Below, one piece after another: positions 33,641-41,346 of a stretch of DNA of 41,346 bases (position 1 is the first letter of the stretch; every line of letters begins with the position of its first letter). A program made the position numbers and the translations under genes. The notes under the pieces are model-generated. The model saw only the letters and a list, made by a program, of their open reading frames with translations, searched no databases and was not told the origin of the DNA. The stretch spans positions 1 through 41,346 of the forward strand of contig NW_024705477.1 in assembly GCF_018977255.1 (NCBI RefSeq), read 5' to 3'. The DNA comes from Callorhinchus milii. Its lineage: Eukaryota.

Positions 33641-33720
33641 TTAATGAACTGCTTGATGGCTTCACACGAAAAGCACCTGAATTGGGGGAAGGAATGAGGA
33701 AAGAGCTGGAGGAGGAGGAG
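33641..33720 (+). CDS. Candidate orphan exon B, phase-compatible with exon A
   Basis: ttatcctctgcag| acceptor, GAG|gtgagt donor. 80 nt, phase 1-0: (V)NELLDGFTRKAPELGEGMRKELEEEE. Confidence 0.4.
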
Positions 33721-33927
33721 GTGAGTTGGGGAGAGACACAGAGGGAGAGAGACGGCTGAACCGAGGAGCGGGAGAGGAAGATACAGACACAGTCACAAGG
33801 CGGTCAATCTCTACAATCAACTCCAGTTTAACAATCTGTTTATTTGGCGTTGCGCCCTTATGAGGGCTCGTGATTATTTTGTGCGAAATACAACTTTCTG
33901 AATAAAAGATAAGGCAAAAATGGTGGT

Positions 33928-34691
33928 TCCTCATCCTCACCTACAAGGCCATTCACGGCCTCGCTCCCTCCTACCTCTCCGACCTACTATCCCCCTACCT
34001 ACCTGCCCGTACCCTCCGTTCCTCTGGCTCCGGTCTGCTCCACGTCCCCCGCCCCAACCGCCCGACCATCGGTGGTCGGGCCTTCAGCCTCTCAGCCCCG
34101 AGGCTCTGGAACTCCATCCCCAGTGCCTTCGCTGCTTCCCCCCTTTCCTCCTTCAAGGCCGGTCTCAAAACCTTTCTCTTTGACCTTCAGCCTTCAGCTC
34201 CCCTCTCGACTCTCTACCCCCTCCTCGCTTACCTCCCTTCCCTCCCCTCACCCTGACCATTTCCCCCCTCCTCGCTCCCTCCCTTCCCTCCCCTCACCCT
34301 GACCATTTCCCCCCTCCTCGCTCCCTCCCTTCCCTCCCCTCACCCTGACCATTTCCCCTCCTCGCTCCCTCCCTTCCCTCCCCTCACCCTGACCATTTCC
34401 CCCTCCTCGCTCCCTCACTCCCCCTCCCCCTCACCCTGACCATCTCCCCCCCTCCTCGCTCCCTCCCTTCCCTCCCCTCACCCTGACCATTTCCCCCCTC
34501 CTCGCCCCCTCCCTTCCCTCCCCTCACCCTGACCATTTCCCCCCCCCTCCTCGCTCCCCTCCCTTCCCTCCCCTCACCCTGACCATTTCCCCCAATGCTC
34601 GGGTCATGACCCAACTGTGCAGCGCCTTCGGACGTCCTCCTGACGTGAAAGGCGCTTTATAAATGGAATCTTGTTGTTGTTGTTGTTGTTG
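33928..34691 (+). mobile_element. Young 5'-truncated L2 LINE (8-unit minisatellite)
   Basis: LILTYKAIHGLAPSYLS...APRLWNSIP, cacctgaccat-type (ccctgaccat) units, terminal stem-loop and (ttg)n. Confidence 0.93.
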
Positions 34692-34794
34692 CTGATCTTG
34701 GGTCAGTTCCGTTTAAAAGGAATTTGTAAGTTCTTTGAGTGAGCAGAAAGAAAGCTTTTCAGCCCATCGAAACTTTTTCATCTATTAATTGGCT

Positions 34795-34914
34795 CCGAAC
34801 ACAAAATACAGTCATTTCACTTTACAGTGTATTCTGTGAAGCGCTTTGAGCCATCTTGAAGACGCGATAAGGCGTTGAACCAAACGCAAGGATTATTATT
34901 TATTATCATTATTA
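34795..34914 (+). mobile_element. Deu-SINE 3' fragment
   Basis: acaaaatacagtcatttcactttacagtgtattctgtgaagcgcttt...gcaaggattattatt. Confidence 0.7.
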
Positions 34915-34993
34915 CCAGAGCTGTGCCTAATGTCTCTACTGCTCATGACCAGGACGATTTTTGTTTCCGCCTCTCTACGGTTTTCTGGAAAAC

Positions 34994-35200
34994 TTAATTC
35001 ACAAACGACTGTTGTGACCAAATTTTTCCCAGTGCGCTCAGCCTCTCATCATAGGACATCTGTAAGATGCGTCTGACACCACAGCAATGCTGTGGACGGA
35101 CACTCTCCAAGGATGGTATATCTTTCTGAGGTTTGGTGTCCGAACCTGAACCAATCTCAGAAACATTTCTGAGCAGCACTTTATATACCTGGTGAAAATC
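34994..35200 (-). mobile_element. Very old CR1-like ORF2 C-terminal remnant
   Basis: VYKVLLR...KDIPSLESV...MSYDERLSALG resembles the CR1 LYKxLVR...KDIxxLExVQ...LSYEERL motif series. Confidence 0.45.
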
Positions 35201-35655
35201 TGTTCCACCCGCAAAACACACAGGCACTAAATTTACAGTACATTCGTGACACATTATGAGATATCTCCACTACGTGATAAAGTGCTTTTCTAATTGCAAG
35301 GATGATTATTAATATTTCAGACCTCTTGAAGTGAAGGCCAACATACGATTGGTGTCATTAACGGTTATCTGTTTGTCAATGTTTTACTAACTATTCTACG
35401 AGAGGTGATTATTTTCCTTTATTTAGTTTAAAGATGATATGTCACCTGAGTTTTCATTTCTCCTCCGCCGATTATAAGCGTTGTTTCAATTCCTGACCCT
35501 GCAGTGGAGTAAGAACTGACACCATTTTTCTTGTAAGTAGTAAAATTTAATAAAAGATTAACAAGCTAAACCCACACCAGAATTGTACATTTCATCCAAT
35601 CAAATTCATGTTTACAATGGGTTCGTAAATGAAACTGCAAAAGGTTGAATGGAGC

Positions 35656-35957
35656 AATAATAATTTGAGAGAGCGATTTCTCACGTCTTTTCAACGTCTC
35701 AAAGCGCTTCACAGAATACACTGTAATGTGAGTAGACAGTACATTTGTGGGCGAAACGTGGCAGCCAATTGCTCACAACACTGTCCCCTCAAACAATCAT
35801 GAATTAAAATGACTAATTTAGTATTGTATGTATTTTGGGGTATTACTAACAGTCCGTGTGTGTGGTTAGGAAACTTGCCCAATGTTTGGCCCTGCCGGGA
35901 ATGGAACCCAGGTCTCTCGCTTGCGAGGCGAGAGCTCTTACCACTGATCAACAGGAC
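35656..35957 (-). mobile_element. Older Deu-SINE copy
   Basis: aaagcgcttcacagaatacactg...gcagccaattgctcac...aggtctctcgcttgcgaggcgag...accactga. Confidence 0.8.
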
Positions 35958-36362
35958 ACAACGATATATTTGACTTGATGCAGGAATCACTTGTGTACGG
36001 TTCCCATCAGCTGATTCTGATGAAACAACACAGACCATTGCACCAACAAGAAACAGAGAAGCCGCTGTGATAACCACAGTCTTCCTTCTCGTCAATGTCA
36101 CCATTGAAGACAAACTTACCTTCATTTTCCCAGAACATTTTATCTAAAGTTATACCAACTGCCCCGTAACACACATCACACGTCGCAGAAGCAATTCAGG
36201 TGATCGTGATTAGGTTTGTACAGATTATTCCAATACGGAATGGGATCTCATCAACAATCTTCATCTGATCCAACAACCGATTCCAAATCAAGATTCTGAA
36301 TCCACATGGGAGATGGGGGGATTGCGGGGATGAGTGGAAATGGGGGTTGAGGAGGCATTAGT

Positions 36363-36680
36363 GGAGTCCTGTAGCTCAGTGGTTAGAGCACTCGCTTTGC
36401 AAGTGAGAGACCTGAGTTCAATCCCAGGCAGAGGGCGAAACCTCGGGCAAGTTTCCTTACTCCACACAGAGCCTAATAATAATCCCTCCAAAGCCAAAAA
36501 CAATAATAAATTGGTCATTTTCAATCCACGACTGTTTATGGGACATTGCTGTGCGGAATTGGCTGCCGCGTTCGCCCACAAATATACAGTCAATTCACTT
36601 TACAGTGTGTTCTGTGAAGCGCTTTGGGACGTCCTCCTGAGGTGAAAAGCGCTATATCAAATGCAAAGGATTATTATTAT
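36363..36680 (+). mobile_element. Young tRNA-Ala-derived Deu-domain SINE
   Basis: Full head, Deu motif, tail and (att)n. Confidence 0.92.
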
Positions 36681-37239
36681 GAGACAAGGGAGGAACGGAG
36701 TCAGAGAGGGTCCAGGAATTAGCTGATGAGAAGGGAAGCAAAATGACGATGGTGGGGAGATGGGGTGGGGGGAACCTGAAGCAAGTCAGCGTTTGCTCTG
36801 TGAAGGGAATGACCAGGTCGGGTCGTCGCAGAGGTAGGATTGGCGAGAGGGGACTGATGGACGTACAGCAGTTTCTCACTGGGGAAACGGGCAGCTTTCT
36901 GGAAAGAAACTGAACGGCACATCGCTCAGTGTCTGTCCCCATTCGCTCACCCTCTCACACACACTCTCTTTGCATTCATGCTCTATCGCTCTCCATCACT
37001 ATCCCTCTCTGCTCTCTATCTCGCTCTTCGGTTTTCTCTTATGTTCTCTCTCTGTCAATAACTCTCGCTCTCCCCACTCCCCTCTCTCCATCATACTCTC
37101 TCCGTCGCTTTTTATCTCTCTCTCTCACTATCACATACTCTCTGTCTCGCTCCCTTCTCTCACATTTCACTTACACTCTCTTTCACACAAACAGACATAC
37201 ACAAACACACTGTCCTTCCTCTCGCGCGCCTCTGCACCT

Positions 37240-38345
37240 CAGGCTCTGGCAGCTTCAACCTCCATGGTTGCACACTTCAACTCACCAATGCAGTCAGAAA
37301 CCAAGGTATCTTGTTCGAACCGCAACTGGCTATTCTTCCCCATATCCAAGCCATGATCCGCTCTGCCTTCCCTCACTTCCGTAGTATCTCCCGACTCCGC
37401 CACTACTTCGCTCCTCAGGCCACTGAAACACATGTTCCTACCTTCATCACCTCCAGGCTCGACTATGAAACGCCCTTCTTGTGGGCCTTCCCAACGCCTC
37501 CCTCCACACGCTGCAGATAATCCAGACCTCTGCAGCCCGTGTCCTCTCCTGCACCAAATCCCTTGACCACATGTCCCCTATACTCCCTATACTTCACTCC
37601 CTCCACAAGCTGCAGGTCATTCAGAACTCTGCAGCTCGTGTCCTGTCCCGCACCAGGCTTCGGGACCACATCACTCCCACCCTCGCCCTCACCCTCACCC
37701 TCGCCCTCGCTCGCCTCCACTGGCTCCCCATCCCCAGAGGATTGATTTCAAGATCCTCATCCTCACCTACAAGGCCATTCACGGCCTCGCTCCCTCCTAC
37801 CTCTCCAACCTACTATCCCCCTACCTACCTGCCCGAACCCTCCGTTCCTCTGGCTCCGGTCTGCTCCACGTCCCCCGCCCCAACCGCCCTACCATCGGTG
37901 GTCGAGCCTTCAGCCTCTCAGCCCCGAGGCTCTGGAACTCCATCCCCAGTGCCTTCGCCGCTTCCTCCCTTTCCTCCTTCAAGGCCGGTCTCAAAACCTT
38001 TCTCTTTGACCGTGCCTTCAGCTCCCCTCTCGACTCTCTTCCTCCTCCTCGCTCCCTCCCTTCCCTCCCCTCACCCTGACCATTTCCCCCCTCCTCTCTC
38101 CCTCCCTTCCCTCCCCTCACCCTGACCATTTCCCCCTGCTCGGGTCATGACCCAACTGTGCAGCGCCTTGGGACGTCCTCCTGACGTGAAAGGCGCTCTA
38201 TAAATGGAATCTTGTTGTTGTTGTTGTTGTATACTCGCCCGACTCCATTGGCTCCTTATGCTTCAGAGGACCAAGTTCAAAATCCTGGTCCTCATAAACA
38301 AAGGCCTTCATGGTCTCACCCCACCCTACATCTGTGAGCTCCTAA
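37240..38345 (+). mobile_element. Older L2 ORF2 C-terminal fragment (37240-37593 and 38230-38345) split by a young L2
   Basis: VRNQGILFEPQL...SAFPHFRSISRLRHY...FITSRLDY...LQIIQTSAARVL...DHMSPIL continues after the insert as ILARLHWL...FKILVL.KGLHGLTPPYI. Confidence 0.8.
37594..38229 (+). mobile_element. Young 5'-truncated L2 LINE (2-unit minisatellite)
   Basis: SLHKLQVIQNSAARVL...LHWLPIP...FKILILTYKAIHG...KTFLFDRAF, stem-loop and (ttg)n. Flanked by TATACTC at 37579-37585 and 38230-38236. Confidence 0.92.
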
Positions 38346-38384
38346 CCCATTACCAAAATAATTATGAAAAGAAACATAGATAGG

Positions 38385-38602
38385 GGAGGTGAGGAGAAAT
38401 TCGTTCACACAGCGAGTTGTTCGGATCTGGAATGAATTGCCTGAAAGGGTGGTGGAACGTTCACAAGAGAAATTGAAAATTGTTTGTGTAGGACAAGTTT
38501 GCAGGTCTATGGGGGCACTGGGATTGAATTGTGTATACATCTTTTCAGAGACGTGATGAGATGAATGTCCTCCCATTGCGCTGTATAATTCTGTGATTCT
38601 GT
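38385..38602 (+). mobile_element. CR1 3' end
   Basis: gtgaggagaaattcgttcacacagcgagttgttcggatctggaatgaattgcctgaaagggtggtgga (RRNSFTQRVVRIWNELPERVV) and ...gtataattctgtgattct terminus. Confidence 0.75.
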
Positions 38603-38771
38603 TCATCCCAAATCAAGGATTCCTCCACCAAATGAAGATACATTCACTTTTAATTTGTTTCGGGAGGAGGAGCTTAATATTAGCAGATATTTGCCAGATT
38701 TGGAATTAAACAATGCGTTATTGATATCTGCTCATAATGTTGCAAGGGTTCGCAGTTTGTGGTATTATTCA

Positions 38772-39535
38772 TCAATATTGCTGAGGTTCAACAATGTGCG
38801 TAGCCAACTCATTACTTTTCTTGTGTTGATGATGTTTCAACGCTAATTTAGCAATGAAATGGAATGGATACACTAACCCTTTCTTAAGCTCCTCTCTTAA
38901 ACTTCTTCTGAGTTAATACATAAATACAAGGGTTGGTACAGGAACTCAACCTTTGAAGCATGATCCCGGTCTCTTGGATGACATACCGCGTGTTATTGAC
39001 AAGCGTTTCGCTGTTGTTAAAATTGGAAAGTTGCCATTTCAAGGAATGTACAACAAAAGTTGTCCACAACAGTATAAAACTTCCCGATATGGCGAAGAGT
39101 AAAATTACGGATTTCTTTCGGTTTTCTAACTCGGGATCAATTGTTTTCTGATCATTTCTCTGACCCCGAAGCCTCCTGCGGACTTCACTGGCCATCAGAA
39201 TATGCCTTATAATCAGGGCATTGAAAAGACAAATCAGAGCAAATCCAAACATGGGAGCAACAACACGGTGAAGCCTTTCAAACGCTTTCCAGGATGGCCA
39301 ACTGTGAACCACACAGAGCTGTGGATAGATGCAGACATCAACGCCACTCTAACGCTACACACTGGAGTGTAGAATAGGATATTGAATGGGAAATACAGAT
39401 TGTTAATTTTGTTCAACAATACATCCACAAGGAGAACCAGGAGATCAGCCACTGCCATGGCCACCAAGTCGCGAGTGATGTACTTGGAGAGACCGCACTT
39501 TCCCCTTGAAAGGATCGCAATGGTCGAAAAATTAA
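38772..39535 (-). pseudogene. GPR139/GPR142-like GPCR pseudogene, exon 2 (exon 1 not found in window)
   Basis: cttctcgcag|TTAAT acceptor, then ILSRGKCGLSKYITRDLVAMAVADLL...SSVWFTV. A frameshifting deletion near 39299 removes DRF, TM4 and ECL2. It resumes PSWKAF...SSCTNPCIYVLTQKKF, with a second +1 shift before REELKKGLVYPF. Confidence 0.88.
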
Positions 39536-39694
39536 CTGCGAGAAGCAATAAGAAGGGAAAACACAATTTGTATGAGTAAAAATCATGAGGGTAAAAGTGT
39601 AAAGCTGTATCAGAATCCGTTGTGTTGTCTTTGAACTATTTCAAATAGGTTTCAACACAATATATATTTAATGCAATTTAGCGTAAATCATCGT

Positions 39695-40014
39695 GGAGTC
39701 CTGTAGCTCAGTGGTTAGAGCACTCGCTTTGCAAGTGAGAGACCTGAGTTCAATTCCAGACAGGGCGAAACCTCGGGCAAGTTTCCTTACTCCACACAGA
39801 GCCTAATAATAATCCCTCCAAAACCAAAACAATAATAAATTGGTCATTTTCAATCCACGACTGTTTGTGGGACATTGCTGTGCGCAATTGGCTGCCGCGT
39901 TCGCCCACAAATATACAGTCAATTCACTTTACAGTGTGTTCTGTGAAGCGCTTTGGGACGTCCTCCCGACGTGAAAAGCGCTATATCAAATGCAAGGATT
40001 ATTATTATTATTAT
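39695..40014 (+). mobile_element. Young tRNA-Ala-derived Deu-domain SINE
   Basis: Full head, Deu motif, tail and (att)n. Confidence 0.92.
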
Positions 40015-40514
40015 CTATGCTCCTACGTGAAGCCAGAAAACTGTATCAACAAAGAAGGCTTATATTTCAAAAGCATCCTTCATGCAGGCAGCGTCTCAGA
40101 GTGTTAAAGTGTGGCGGGGCTTGACCCCCAAACTTTGGAGTGATTGTGGAAGTGACAGTACGCACCATCGTAGAGGAATGTATTCAGATCAAATGCGAAG
40201 AGATTTAAGCAGCGAACACAGTGGCGGGATTGAGACGGAGAGTACTAAAAGTATGGCCGTTGATGGGCGATAAAAGGGGAAAGAGACCTGGAGGAGGCCT
40301 TGCAGCTGAGTGATAGGTTGTAGAAGTATGTGCTGTAAGTAGGTCAGAGTGGCAGAGATGATAGGATTTGAATTGGTTGGTGAGGAAGGCCGATGAGCTT
40401 GAAACCGATCCGTGAATCGATGAGTGTTAGCTGTTGGGTTTGAGACACGGTCTGAGGTGGACTACACAGCGGATGCGTATTCGAGCGATTCTGCTCATGG
40501 ATAGTAGTGATACA

Positions 40515-40831
40515 AATAAAAAGAAGACGGATCTTTGCATTTGATATAGCGCTTTCCATGTCTTCGACATTCTCAAAGTGTTTCATTGAATATACCGCAA
40601 AGCGAAATGACTGTATATTTGTGAGTGAAACGCGGCAGCCAATTGCGCGCAGCAGTGCCCCGACAAGCAGTCATGGATGGAAGTGACCAATGTATTATTG
40701 GTTAGGTGCTCGGGTATTTTTATCAGGCGAATGGAGTGAGGAAACTTACCCAATGTTCCGCATTGCCGGGAATCAAAGCCGGTGTTCTCGTTTGCAAAGC
40801 AAGTGATCTAACCACTGACCTACAGGACTCC
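40515..40831 (-). mobile_element. Older Deu-SINE copy
   Basis: tttgcatttgatatagcgc...gcggcagccaattgcgcgcagca...accactgacctacaggactcc. Confidence 0.8.
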
Positions 40832-40942
40832 ACAAAGGGCCTTTCAGTAGGAAAAATAGTTGGGAAATCTATCTTGTCATGTCCGTCGTGTCAATTTGCG
40901 TGGTGGCTTACAATTTCTGGGGAGTCCGTAACCACGGGTTAT

Positions 40943-41346
40943 ACAACAACAACAACAACAACAAGATTCCATTTATAAAGCGCCTTTCACGTCAGGAGGA
41001 CGTCCCGAGGCGCTGCACAGTTGGGTCATGACCCGAGCATTGGGGAAATGGTCAGGGTGAGGGGAGGGGAGGGAGGGAGGAGGGGAAATGGTCAGGGTGA
41101 GGGGAGGGAAGGGAGGGAGCGAGGAGGGGGGAAATGGTCAGGGTGAGGGAGGGAGGGAGGGAGCGAGGAGGGGGGAAATGGTCAGGGTGAGGGGAGGGAG
41201 GAGGAGCGAGGAGGGGGAAATGGTCAGGGTGAGGGAATGGAGGGAGCGAGGAGGGGGAAATGGTCAGGTGAGGGGAGGGAAGGGAGGGAGCGAGGAGGGG
41301 AAATGGTCAGGGTGAGGGAGGGAAGGGAGGGAGCGAGGAGGGGGAA
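40943..41346 (-). mobile_element. Young L2 3' end with minisatellite, running off the right edge
   Basis: (caa)n gattccatttataaagcgcctttcacgtcaggaggacgtcc...gggtcatgaccc, followed by at least 7 ggtcagg units. Confidence 0.9.

Noticed and set aside
36114..36296. Strong minus-strand donor AAG|gtaagt at 36119 with an upstream exon-like stretch
   Set aside because: The frames examined contain stops, it does not match the GPCR exon-1 pattern (YYP...GVP), and no partner exon was found.
39536..41346. Search for exon 1 of the minus-strand GPCR
   Set aside because: No YYP...GVP|gt segment was found. The region is SINE and L2 sequence, so exon 1 is outside the window or lost.

Overview
Vertebrate genomic DNA, most likely from a cartilaginous fish. 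This is inferred from the NLR N-terminal exon style, the GPR139/142-like receptors and the DeuSINE/L2/CR1 repeat content. The left part holds a multi-exon NLR gene on the minus strand: death-fold/CARD-like exons, a 1801-nt NACHT exon and three LRR exons (87/171/171 nt), continuing off the left edge. Its NACHT splice acceptor is duplicated around an L2 fragment, which could yield a short N-terminal-domain-only isoform. The middle holds an intact two-exon class A orphan GPCR (+, 327 aa). The right holds a convergent pseudogenised paralogue (-). Two phase-compatible orphan exons (32919-33039, 33641-33720, +) are unexplained. The rest is mostly repeats: many tRNA-Ala-headed Deu-domain SINEs, young L2 LINE 3' ends carrying a variable ~46-nt minisatellite, old CR1/L2 fragments, a probable Penelope/hammerhead relic, and two multi-kb simple-sequence arrays that create spurious long ORFs. 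There is a 25-N gap at 7931-7955. Family names come from motif recognition, not database searches. Boundaries of old repeats are approximate.
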